Origin: Nemertoderma westbladi
Lineage: Eukaryota > Animalia > Xenacoelomorpha
Assembly (NCBI GenBank): GCA_032718475.1
Contig: JAUCBJ010006790.1
Location: 672 to 64,671, forward strand
Direction: 5' to 3'
DNA length: 64,000 nucleotides
In this document: one piece after another, positions 13,289 through 25,450 of the stretch
Layout of the letters: each line of letters begins with the position of its first letter
Position numbering within the stretch: position 1 is the stretch's first letter
Made by a program: the position numbers and the translations under genes
Notes under the pieces: generated by a model
What the model saw: the letters and a program-made list of their open reading frames with translations, nothing else
Told to the model about the DNA's origin: nothing
Databases searched by the model: none

Positions 13289-14769
13289 AGATTATTACAA
13301 CAACATATCCATTGGGTAAGAAAGTGGAGGAGAGCCAGCCCGGCTCTTAATTTTTTACTTTATATTACGCGATCAATTTTCACTCATCTCGTCATGAACC
13401 CAACATGTATGTAACCTTTTGTTAAATTTGTTGGCTATGCGTTTGCGGTTGTTTGGGCGGTGTGTGGTAGGCCTACACTTTTCACACTTACATATTTTGG
13501 TTGTGAAATGTTACAGGGCATAGCGATCTGAGATATTTCATTTATATTTTATTATGAGAGGAAGAAGAACATACAACGTTATTTACTATATATGTAACAA
13601 AATAATTGTTTTCGGGTTTAACTTGGAAGCCTCCCCAAATAGTTGATATACAATTATATTTAAAATTATTTCCATGGTAATGGTCATTCACCCGTCTTTA
13701 ATTAGAAATTTGTTTGCATGAAAGACAGTTTAGTTTAGTTTTTACTGATTTATTATCTCTTATCTGACTGGGGTAATAATAAAGGATAGTATAAATGGAA
13801 GCAAAGTGTGACAGTAACAAATGTTTCCCCGTCACCCTAGCATGTCTTAAGTATATGATATATCAAAGGGGGAAGTTTGGATTCACTGCATAAATGCAGT
13901 TCACCAAACTTCCCCCGAATGCACACTGTAACTTTCCCCTTCCCCCAAATATCCACTGTTGAATTAATTTGAAGCGATATAATAAGTACAAAATTGTGCG
14001 AGTTTTTAATTGTGTGGTCCATTTGTTATTTGATCTCTATTTATTATTTAAAGTGCATTTAATATCACACTGGTTTTTAGAATATTATACTATACAACCT
14101 TATGTTTTATTAATTTACCCAATCGAAGCCTCATAAGGGCCGGTAATTTGTACGCATATCCCCTAATGCGCTCAGTAAGGTCCAAACAACATATTAATAT
14201 GAAAATAAAGTATCTGCAAAGAAAATAACCCAATACTATATAATTTGACCTTATTAAAAAATTTGCACTTTTGCACACTTATTTGTACAAATGCACTTTA
14301 GCAGATCGTAATGGTGGCTCTTATTTAACAAACTTATGTTTATCCTCTACCGATCTACGATTTCGTATGATCAAGTGTCAGTCGCTAAAAGTGTCAAAAA
14401 TCCAATTTAATAAATCTGGATTTGCGATTTTGGACCATATTCATGGACATTTTAAGTCACTTTATAGACATAAAAAGTTAAACAAATGTTACGATTATAG
14501 TTAGAAATCATTCCAAACTACATTTTAATCCAAAAAATAACATTCTACGATGAATAGAACTGGAAATAGTAGTGTTTGAAATATCAAAAAATGTTCACTA
14601 TTTAAGTGCATTTTCACTAAGTGCACATAAGTCTTTTCCCAAGTTTTATCCTATTTCACACACTACAATCTATCCTCTATCCAATGAAAAAAGTTTCCGA
14701 TCAAACGGCCCAGTAGAACCGAAGTTATTGATGTTTAAAAATAGTCACTCGAAAATTTCAAATTCTCTT

Positions 14770-14843
14770 GGTCACATAGTCTAGTGGTTATCAATCACTT
14801 TAATGAAACCTAAGTTCGCGGGTTCGAAATCCAATATTGACCA
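14770..14843 (+). pseudogene. degenerate tRNA-like sequence / SINE head
   Basis: GGTCA...TGACCA acceptor-like pairing, A-box-like TAGTCTAGTGG and B-box GGTTCGAAATCC. The anticodon arm does not pair. Confidence 0.45.
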
Positions 14844-16373
14844 TTCTTAATTTTTTGCAAAAAAAATTATTTTTATTTTTTCACTAAAATCGCTCTAACT
14901 TCGGTTCTGGTGGTCCAAATTCAATAAAATTGGTATATTCTTTGCCGTAATTTTTTTCTTAATCTTTTGAGAAGGGGTTATTTTTGGCCCCAAAAAAATT
15001 AAAAAAAAGGGCCAAAATAACGCGATATTTTTCGACCCTTAAAATTCGTAATTTTGATTATATATGTTAAGATAAAAGATAGCGGAGTTAATTTGATACT
15101 TTTTACAGGTACAGTACTTTTGGCGCAATACGCTAAATTATAATGGAGTAGCAATTTGTTAAAAAAAAAATTTTTCGTCCCTTTTTATAAATATTAAATT
15201 TCACACGATCGCCTGCCGCTCCAGTTGTATAATAGCTTCGGCGCTGTAATTAACGCTGTTAGATAGATAATTTAACGCACTATAAGTCTGTGTAAACAAA
15301 TCTCCCCTAAGTTAAGTTGTTTTCGAGCTAGACGATTTCCCTGGAAGCAAGTTTGAAGCGCGAAATTATAATTTTGTCCCTCATTTTTTTAATATCATCC
15401 TTGGAGCAAAACCGATAGCATATTTGAATTCCCCGTATGGATATTGACTGTATAGAATGTACCTTAACCAACTAAAGTTAAAAATAAAAAATTATTCGAT
15501 AAAAACTACTTTACAAATTCTGGCCCTTTTTGGCCCCTATTGCCGACATATTTTTTGTACCCCCATTCGATAGGAACGTAGCCCCAATGGTCTTCTACGA
15601 ATTTCATAAAAGAATTAGTGGATTCCTACCCGCGTTGTCGAATTAAACATTTCGGAAATAAGTTTTACAAAAAAGACGGACAAAAACGTAGAAATTTACG
15701 GCCCCTTTTTCCACCCGAAATTTTAATAAATATCTTACCCCCATTCGATATGAAGGTAGTACCACTCTTCCCCTTTCCAACCGCGTTACTTTCGTCCCCG
15801 TACGATTAATATTAGCCGAGTTGTAGCGGATCCCGCAAAGTCATTTTGTCCGTTTTTTCAACTTTGACGGACAATTTCGGGAAAAAGGCGTGGTAATCTT
15901 TTTTGAAAAAAAAAACGAATTCACTAATTAATCCCTTCTATCGTATCCCGGCGTCGGCTAAGCAATAACCTAGGGTTTTTTCGAGCTACTGTAGAGCGCC
16001 TTTCAAAAAAAATTTAAAATCGTCGAAAAAATGGCGGTTTTTTTGTCCGCTTTTAGACCCCACTTTTTAATTATTGTGGAGAAATCTATATGATAAATTT
16101 ATTTATATTAATTTCTGAAATAGAATTACTTGGAACTTTGACTGGGATGGGGGGGGGCAATGAGGAATGGTCCGCGGCGTACAAATAAAAGGTATGGAAA
16201 CACAGGGACCATTATAAATAAAACGATAGAAAGACTCGTCCAGGAAGCAGGTTCCTTAGGAGACCCACAAAATATCCAGGAGTTCTCAGCATTTCAAAGC
16301 TGGGTGAGGGGAGCCAACAACTCGATCACGCATCCCCACCCCAGAACCCCGTTTTCTTCAACCCGTCAGTACG

Positions 16374-17706
16374 ATGGCTATCTACATGTCGGAAGAAGAA
16401 GATGAGGATGACGATGATTTGGAAACGGCCGAAGAATGGGCCTGTTTCTTTGCTAACTGGGCCCCAAAACGAGAGAGAATCCCAGAAACTTTCTTATGTA
16501 TATCCTGCAGCGAGATCCACACTGTCGAATTCTGTCAAAAGTTCAAGTATGCAGACTTGATACCCCGCTTCCAAACCATCATGAAGCATCAAGGATGTTT
16601 CAAATGTTTGGGAACAGGTCATTACATGCGAGAGTGTGAAAAAAGATCATATTGCGCCATTTGTAGCGACAATCAACACCACACGTTATTACAAATCCCT
16701 GCAAATTTCGACTTCTCTACTCTCCCTTTTAGAGGGGAAATGAGGAGGGCAAGAAGCACTAAACAACATTAAATCTGGCAAGCCATCATACCACTCCGCA
16801 TCCAAGGAAGGGGCAAAGAGAAATATAGAACTTTATAACTATAGACCAATAAAATATATCACCAATGTTTCACATGTGGTAAACATGGTTCGAAAAAACT
16901 ATGCGGTATTCGCAAAGGTGATCTCCATCCGGATCGCCCGACAGTTCGACTAATAGATCGCTAATGACTCTCGCGTTTTTGGACAATGGATCTGATGGAA
17001 CTATTGTTGACAAAGAGTTTATCAAACAGCTCGGAATACAGTACGAACCTTACAAGAGGCTGATACAAACGATCAGCGACCATAGAGAAGTCGAATCTGG
17101 TGAGGTAGAGCTACAGATTGGCGGTCTAATGCGTGGATATGAGGGCGTGAACCTCACAATACGAAATGCATTAGTTCATACAGATCTATGTGTACACTTT
17201 CGACAATCGGGGGACTTCGCGTCACTTATACAATTAGACAGAGCCGATGTGGACCTTTATTGTCCAAAGTTGGACGTAAATAAAATCAGCATTCTGATTG
17301 GACTCGACACACCAGTATTCCACATACCCACAGGCGATATAGCCAGGTCCATCAGACCAAACGATGGGTTCTACGCCGAAAGGACAGTTTTGGGATGGAC
17401 TCTATGTGGGATCAAAGAGGAAACTGTCGACACATATACATATCTCCCAAAATGCCAGATTGAGAATAAACTGGTTAACATTAGACATTGTTTAACGACA
17501 TTCGAAAGTCAGGATCTATTCCTAGAATCAGAAAGGACCCAGAAGGAGATGACGAGGTGCTTCAATTTCGAAACCCAGGAATTCGCGGAAAGGGATGAAG
17601 CACTGTCCGAGGAAGATCGATTCTGCATGAAACTCATGGACCAAGCCGAATTCAAGGATGGACATTGGAGATCTCCGATGCTGTGGAAAGACCCGGACAA
17701 AGTAAT
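16374..17706 (+). pseudogene. BEL/Pao element H, 5' part: gag zinc knuckles and aspartic protease (disrupted)
   Basis: CFKCLGTGHYMREC knuckle, protease AFLDNGSD, RTVLGWTLCG and GHWRSPMLWK. The frame resumes at 43409 after the inserted element A. Confidence 0.85.
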
Positions 17707-18785
17707 TGTTCGCGCTTTTAAGACCTTTGGCAGTTTAACCCGCCAAATCTATATGTCTTCTAGGTTATAAATCTACTTTAGCCTAGGACAAGTATTCAAC
17801 ACCTATAATAATTCTAACATTAGCCGAAGCCAGTCTGTGCGCGACCATTCACCCGCTGGATATACCCGGGAGACTGGATTCGGATGCTTTAATTTGATTG
17901 CGGTGCAGGCCTACCGTACTATTCGATTGATCGTTAATATATAATCTCTGACAAATATTATTCACTTTCGGGAAATATTAGCAGTTCCTTTAGGACGTGG
18001 CGCTCTATCTATTTAAACAGAGCTATGACTTACACTATACACAACGGTATGTCTTATAGATCACCAAAGTGCATTCTTTAGGAAATGCTTTGTTACTCGG
18101 TCAAGCACACACAGACTATTGCACATAACTGCACACTGAATTGCCGATATTCACTGATTTTAATCATATATAAAGAGAATAACAACCGACATTTGTAGGG
18201 CCTATTAAGTAGCATTGAACTCATTACAAACCACGATAATGTATGTCGCAAATTGTTATATGTAACCGGTCTCTCTAACCTTAGTGTATCAAGAAGATTG
18301 GGGTTTCGGATCGTTATCAATATTCTTCCCAATAATAATATGTAAATGAACGATACAATTAACAACACAGTAAATAGCAGTAAATAATGCGGCGAAAAGC
18401 AGTTTACGTCAGGGTGCTTAATCAGGTGCCTGACAAGCAAGAGTACTTAACCAAGATAACAGTTTGATGATCTTATAATTAAAGACGCTCTAATGTTAGA
18501 AAACATTCCACGGCCGGTGTTCTTAGGCATGGGGGAAACGTCAGTACTGAATCATGGGATTCTGCTGTACAGCTTTTACACAAAGGGAAAATCTCTGATT
18601 GGTCGAACTGACGTGGACACAGCTGATAGATGTCGTCATTTGAGCTGAGCAGAACAAAGAACCAAGGCTCCGTGCAGAGGCTCCACGTGTACAGCTCAGC
18701 TATTAGCTGTCGTCATAGTAACTACACTGTTTCAAGAGTATTTCGGCTTTTGCGTCATAGAATTGCTAATTATGTCCGCTAAAGT
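17707..18785 (-). repeat. LTR of element A (truncated 3' LTR)
   Basis: Near-identical to 42195-43273 (about 8 differences by eye). Lacks the last ~135 bp. Confidence 0.9.
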
Positions 18786-18830
18786 CTTCTACAATTGGAG
18801 GGAAACATTGTATGATTTCCCTTGGAGCGG

Positions 18831-21024
18831 TGTTACGGTATATGGCGCTGTATCCATATTATTAGTCATCATGCAGTATGTAATATTAGTCCGTTATGCA
18901 GTATGCAATATTAGTCCGTTATACTGTACGTAATATTAGTCCATTGTGCAGCATGATATTTTAGATAAGGCATAATAACGCAGTGGTATTTAGGTAGGGA
19001 AATCAAAACGCCCATATATTTGAAACCATCCATTTTGTATAGTATGTAGCCCTACCTACGTAATTTTGTATTAGGATATATGTAGATAGTTCCAGGGTAG
19101 CGAGTTTATTCGGACCCTGGATTTTGTGCTTGCTGATATTAGTTTGATAGGGCTAGCATATAGGGACGCCGTCCTGGCCATTCAGCAGCCAGAGACGTGA
19201 ACCATTACCATATATGGTAATAATTTGAGCAATAGGGCTACAATCCGGCCTCCTTATTGGATTAACTGCTTCCAGGTTGGTCTAATGCTAGCATGGACTG
19301 GAGAGCCAATAGGAGAGCGATTGAGTCACCCTATTGCATCATCCCATCCGGATCACCTATAAATTGGCGGTGTGCCGGTAGAGCCTATCAATCGATTCAA
19401 CCTTCACTGCTGTTGTACTTGCTGAGCTGTCTCTATTCAATTTTGACGGATTTTAGAGTATTTTTGCAATTTGATTAATTTCTTGAAATGATTTGCTAGT
19501 GCGATTACTCTTGCTTGTGTTTCTCAATTAATTCCTTCGATTACTGCTAATTACAACTGAACTATGATTTCTACTTTTGATTAATGGTTCTATGTGATTC
19601 TTTCCTGCGCAATAATCCTAAGGGATTTCTGAGACTGTCAGACTTTGTGATTTGCATGCGCCGCTACGGTAGCTATTAGCGTAATGGAGGGCTAAGGCGC
19701 CAGCGGGCGGTGGGCACATCGGGGGGTTGGGCGACTAAGGGAGAGCGGAGGATTCAAAGCGAGCAACGCTGGCGTGGGGTCACCGTTGCGGTCGGGAAGT
19801 TAACGCTGTGGTACGCAGACCAATCGCCGGTACGGTAATTAGGGGGCTGATGATCCAGGTTTCGTCTCTATTTAGTATTAGGGGGGCAGGAATCAGGTTA
19901 GTTAGGAGTCCTATATGTACCCGGGAGAGGCCTGCACGTATCATAACGTTTCGAACGTTGAGCGTGTAGTACGAATAGTGAGTCGCATAATTGTGGGCTA
20001 TACAGTAGTTAACTGCATAATTGCGAACTGTGATTGCTGACGCTGATTGGTGTGTTACTGAAGTGTGCCTATGATTGTGAATGTTTAGGTAGGCGCTCTT
20101 TTCTCTTTGATTGATTTCTATTTCTTAGTTACAACAATTAGTTACTGATTAGGTCAAAGTAATACGGCAATTTAGGCTATTACTAGCGAAACCTGTTGCG
20201 TGATAAATTAGAATTACGTATTCTGGAACTCTTAGTAATTAGTACGCTGTTAAATATTTGTGACTGTAATTGATTAGTAAAATTAAGAATTAGTACGCAG
20301 CATAGCGGAGAGTAGCTAAAGTAATAATTAAGAGTACTGTAAACTATTCACGCTGAGCGGTTATTTGCATTAGCGGACAATCAGCTAGAACGCACTATTC
20401 GGTACGCACGAAACGCTAGTGATTTGCTGGCCTAAAGCCAGCTGCAGGCAATTTTAGACCCAGAGTGGTACTATCCACGAGAGACAATTACTGTACCATT
20501 TTTGATATTTTAAATATTCTCGCATTCACACATTACGTTAGAGAAACCCCCAGTATTCGCGATTAGAAAAGACGTAGGTAATAGCGTGCTTTAATAGTGA
20601 TAGAATTAGGCGTAAGAATACTCTGAGTGCAAGGCCTCTCGCACTCGTCTTAAGTAAGCTTAGGGAGCCGACTCGGGTTTATTGTTTTGGTTATTCCTGC
20701 GTGGCTCATAGATTCGAACAGTTAGCTCTCTATTGAGCAATCGGTAGAGAAAGGAACAAGCGATTTTGCAGGAGTTGTGTAAAATTAGTAAATATATTAG
20801 CGGACGGCAGATTAGCGCCATCCAACGGTAAGTAGCGGTTTTGTATTTAGCAACCTTTACAATTTAGTAATATCACGCTCCTGATCCCCTTTACTTAACA
20901 GTAGAGCAGTCTTTGTGTCTTATTGGTTAGGCGAGAGCTCATTAGGTTGGCAGAAGGATATTAACGGGTATTGGTCTGTTCAACAGTTCTGCTGTTAGTA
21001 TAGAGGTCGCGGTTGTTTATCAGT
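18831..21024 (+). repeat. 5' LTR of element B (probably continues to ~21150)
   Basis: Starts TGTT after GGAGCGG. Direct repeat of 39011-41204 with about 3 differences seen. AATAAA at 21101. Confidence 0.8.
19300..19364 (+). promoter_or_regulatory. putative LTR promoter of B (CCAAT and TATA)
   Basis: GCCAAT at ~19305 and TATAAAT at 19358-19364 inside the LTR. Confidence 0.45.
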
Positions 21025-22298
21025 GATACGTGTTATTGGCTGTTGCTTGCAGCGGTCAATAGAGTATTCTTAGGCTGATAGTAGTATCATAGTATTAGGC
21101 AATAAATTAGAGCACGTGATCGTCTGCTGTAGGCTATAGGCTAGCGTACAGTAAGACATTGAGTATATTCCTTTAGGCTGTTAGTTTAGATTACTGTATT
21201 CACTGGCTGCGTACACTAGTACAGTAGTACATTAGGCTGATTGCTGTTACTGCGTACGGTAGAAGGGACATTTGTTTTGCCGTACCACACACAGTATCAT
21301 TAGGCTGTTAGGTTGGTGTACTGTTTTACTTACTGTACTGCATACAGTGGATGTACGGTAGTGCGTTTTTGCTAATTGCGAATACAGCAGTTCCTTAGGC
21401 CTTAGGGCAAACTGTAATTAGTAAGTTTTTTGAAAATTATTAGCTAGGTTTGCGAGAATTCAGTTTCGGTCAAAATTATTTTGTAAAATTCTAGAGTTTT
21501 GTACCGGTATGTTAGGTAACCGCTTAGTTATTTTATACCATCTGGAGATACATGGCAAGACGGGACTTCTGAGTTTGGGGTTCGTGTGGGTCTGCGGGTT
21601 CGGTTTGCAATCAGCGAAGGGCCTGAATCTTTGGACGCGGACGTGGAATCTCACAGCAAACAAGGTTAGTTGTTACACACAAATCCGGGGTTAAAACAAC
21701 TGTGCAATGGTCTTCTATGGGAAATGTTGTTGTTTTCCCTAGGGCAAAACAACAGAATTTTAGCAAAGCAACTGTCAGACTCATGATTTACCCAAGGTGG
21801 CTGTTATAAAGCCCGAGGCGAAGCCGAGGGTTTATAACATTCACCGAGGGTAAATCTTTGTTACAGTACATATCATTATTGAAACTTTAGAATACGCTAC
21901 CAGGCTACCGGCTGACCGGTACCTAAGCTGCCCTGTATATCCTGTAAGGCTGTAAGGGTAAGCTGGTACAGTGGTATGGCTGTATGGCAGTGTGGTGAGG
22001 TATTGTACTGCAGTTTGCAGTTCCTGAGTTCTGAATTCAACATTATGATATTTCCGTACTGCAGTTGCAGTACTGATACCTAAAGTCAGACTGCGTGTGT
22101 TTGATTGGTATAGGCGGTAGGGTAGTTGTGTGTACATAATTCTAGACCAGTAGCAGAGTAGAAATATGTACATACCGGTACCTGTCACAGTGTCACCTGT
22201 ACTGCAGTACTGCTGTGCCATTTAGTGGATACTAACTAAACTAACCTGTTACCTCTGCCATCCTCCTATATACTGATTCTATATAATACTGAAACTGA

Positions 22299-23738
22299 AT
22301 GGATATGGATGATTTAGACCTTTTGTCTTTTTTTGCTGAGTTTGATACCGGTAGTCCTAGAGAACCTGCACCTGAGATGACCAGTACGGCGGCGACAGGA
22401 AATCTGATACGTGCAAACTTGTTGAGAATTGAGGAATCGGAAGATGGTAGCGTTAAAGGTTGTCCATTGGTGGCTTCATCCCCAGTAAATCCATGTCTCT
22501 CTCAGGAGGATACTAGCGACAATGATTATATTATGAATAATAGGAATCAACACACGAAAGACAATACAAAAACAGCTTTTAATTCCTTTAATACTTTTCT
22601 AAATGCAATTAAATGTGAGGTTCCGGTTGATGCGATGGCCCATGCAGAGTTGGCACACTATTTTAATAGCTTCCTAAAGCGGTACAAGAAGCAGAATGGT
22701 GAACGTCTCGAAACAACGTCATTGCACAGTTACTATTATGGCTGTCTCCGCCATTTTAAGGATCTGGGACGGGGAGATGTACTTCAACTGACTGAGTTTA
22801 AAGATACGAAAGACATATTTCGTGTTCGAATGGAGCAATTAAAGAAATCCGGAAAGGGCAATTTGCCTAACGCGAGTGATGCTTTTGAAGAGAGGGACTT
22901 TCAGGTTTTTAAAGATAAAAACCTTATTGGATCTTCAACGCCAAAGATGCTCAGTGAAACACTCTATTTGTTGTTTGTGCACCACTTTGGTACACGGCCC
23001 GGTCACGAAATGCGTGATGTTAAGGTTGGCGACGTTGTAAAGCATTACTCCATACATGATGAGTTGTATTTCCTAACCTTAGTCGAGCGTGATACTAAAA
23101 CACGTCGTGGCTCTAGCGGCCCTAGACACTACCAGATCAAGGCGTTTGAAAACAAGGACGATCGCGACTGTTGTATTGTTACTCTGCATGATTTATATAT
23201 GAAGCACAGGTTCCCCGAAGGCAATGTAGATAGTGCATCGGAGTCTCCATACTGGGTTCGGCCAAAACAAGATGTACCTTCAGATGGGGGTAACTGGTTT
23301 TCCATTCAACCAATTGGCAAGAATTCATTCAGCACATTATTCCATAACTTGGTTTCAACGGCTGGAATTAACAAAGACGGACGCAAATTAACCCCAATGA
23401 GTTGCCGAAAAACGGCAGCAACGGCCTTGGTGAAGGGTGGCCAACCAGTCAATTATGTCCAAAGCCATCTTGGACATAAACGCCTTAGTACTACCTCAGC
23501 CTATCTTAAACCAACTTCATCCGACCAGGTGAAGATTAGCGGCACGTTAAACAAGTATCTTTCTGGAACAAGCAGTACTACAGGTAGTCATAACGTTAAT
23601 GAATCAGGTGTCATGTTGAAACCCGGAGGGAGTATCTTTAAAGATGTTATATTCAATGCTCCTGTTCAGGTCTTTATTGGAAATGATTCTACCAAGCAGA
23701 GCGCGATCTTTACAGATGAAAACGAAAGGCCCTCCTAA
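22299..23738 (+). CDS. Crypton-type tyrosine recombinase (DUF3504/ZMYM-related)
   Basis: Intact 479-aa ORF: HFGTRPGHE (R), TKTRRG (K), PMSCRKTAAT (HxxR position), LGHKRLSTTSAY (H...Y). Confidence 0.88.
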   Translation: MDMDDLDLLSFFAEFDTGSPREPAPEMTSTAATGNLIRANLLRIEESEDGSVKGCPLVASSPVNPCLSQEDTSDNDYIMNNRNQHTKDNTKTAFNSFNTFLNAIKCEVPVDAMAHAELAHYFNSFLKRYKKQNGERLETTSLHSYYYGCLRHFKDLGRGDVLQLTEFKDTKDIFRVRMEQLKKSGKGNLPNASDAFEERDFQVFKDKNLIGSSTPKMLSETLYLLFVHHFGTRPGHEMRDVKVGDVVKHYSIHDELYFLTLVERDTKTRRGSSGPRHYQIKAFENKDDRDCCIVTLHDLYMKHRFPEGNVDSASESPYWVRPKQDVPSDGGNWFSIQPIGKNSFSTLFHNLVSTAGINKDGRKLTPMSCRKTAATALVKGGQPVNYVQSHLGHKRLSTTSAYLKPTSSDQVKISGTLNKYLSGTSSTTGSHNVNESGVMLKPGGSIFKDVIFNAPVQVFIGNDSTKQSAIFTDENERPS

Positions 23739-24339
23739 TTTATCAAAATGTAATCTAAAGACGCGATTTTATTCTTTTTTCTAAGCTAAGATTCAAATTA
23801 ACTCCCAATTTAATTTTATATTCATTATTAGCAGGGAATTTAATTTTATAATAATAATTATTAGCAGGGAATTTAATTTTATAGACCTTAGAGTTCTGTG
23901 AGATAAGACTTTATTTGTTTACGTCATTTATTTGCACTACAGTACATAACTTGAGAATTTAAGTTAACAAATTTATATTTGATTTCGTTGCAAAGTGTAC
24001 TCCTGATGTACTGGTGTAGGCCCCATAATTTGTGCTATAAAAAAGTCAAATAAATTTGGGAATTGTATTTCATTAATGGGCTGCATTATTATTATGCAAT
24101 TGATATATCTGATTTTTTTTCTTGAATTTGCGAATTGTTATTTCAGGCACCCCAAAGACTAATCCCAGAATACCTACAATGGTACAATCCCCAACATATC
24201 CTATTATCTGAGCCCGATTTTAGTCCTGGTGGTGTACAACTTTATTGCTATTTAACTATTTAACTGTCAACTTTATTTAACGCTATTTGGTGTTTTGACT
24301 AAAATACTTCGTAGAACACTACGAATCGATAGATGCTTT

Positions 24340-24725
24340 GTTTATTTTGACTACGTACTAACCCCCAAAATATCCATGCCCCATTTTAATACTTTACCCC
24401 CAAACAATGCCCTTTTAGAACACTATCAATAGTTGTTTTGTTGTTTTGACTACTGTATTATCCCCCAAAATATCCATGCCCCATTTTAATACTTTACCCC
24501 CAAACAATGCCCTTTTAGAACACTATCAATAGTTGTTTTGTTGTTTTGACTACTGTATTATCCCCCAAAATATCCATGCCCCATTTTAATACTTTACCCC
24601 CAAACAATGCCCTTTTAGAACACTATCAATAGTTGTTTTGTTGTTTTGACTACTGTATTATCCCCCAAAATATCCATGCCCCATTTTAATACTTTACCCC
24701 CAAACAATGCCCTTTTAGAACACTA
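24340..24725. repeat. 100-bp tandem repeat (~3.8 copies)
   Basis: CACTA recurs at 24421, 24521, 24621 and 24721 with identical intervening sequence. Confidence 0.95.
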
Positions 24726-25450
24726 GGGAATCTCTGGTCAGAATGTATGTAACAACAAAATTATTACCCTGTCATTTTGTTATTTACCCGGTTAATTTGA
24801 CCCTCAGAAATGTTATTTAACCCTTGGAACAAGTTATAAACCCTCGGCTTCGCCTCGGGATTTATAACTCGTTCCTCGGGTTAAATAACATTTCTTCGGG
24901 CCGTAGTTGTTCTGTTGGCACCATTGTGTTTGTGGAAGCAGTAAAAAATTATCGGTTGTTTAACTGCGAAGCTGAACTCAATTTATTAGTTAGGATATTT
25001 AGGTTTAGCCGGCCATGGTTTTTTGAATCGCTCAAGTTAGAGAGAGAGTTAGAGAGAGTCGCAACCCGAAGATGTAGCCACGCGCTAGTGGATACATATA
25101 ATATTTGAAATTAAAATTACGTTGATTAGAGCTATATATATAAAATTAGAAATATTCGGGCGGCAAGTATATTTTGAATATTTTGTATTAGATTCAAGGT
25201 TATTTTGTGCTATACCGGTATTTAATGCTATATAGTAGCTATATAATAATATTTTTGTTTAAATATTGTGCTAGTATTTGCTATAACTATATACCCCGGG
25301 GCCATTAAATTCACAATATTGCATTGCGAATTTATTTGACATTTGGACCAACTGATTATTTGACAAATAATTTGACCGTATTTCGGTTAAATTATATTTA
25401 TATCTCGAACTTTGCGAGATTTTTGCCGGAAGGCAAACATTATTTAGACT

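Larger units (their letters stand above)
21525..24908 (+). mobile_element. Crypton (tyrosine recombinase DNA transposon) inserted in the leader of B
   Basis: Contains the YR ORF. Inverted palindromic sub-terminal motifs CCGAGGCGAAGCCGAGG (~21812) / CCTCGGCTTCGCCTCGG (~24842). A TAGTT direct repeat marks the proposed ends, so the boundaries are tentative. Confidence 0.65.

Noticed and set aside
18093-18440. 115-aa ORF duplicated at 42581-42928 (likewise 48024-48341 / 59404-59721)
   Set aside because: Lies within LTRs, so the duplication reflects LTR identity. Non-ATG start and no domain.
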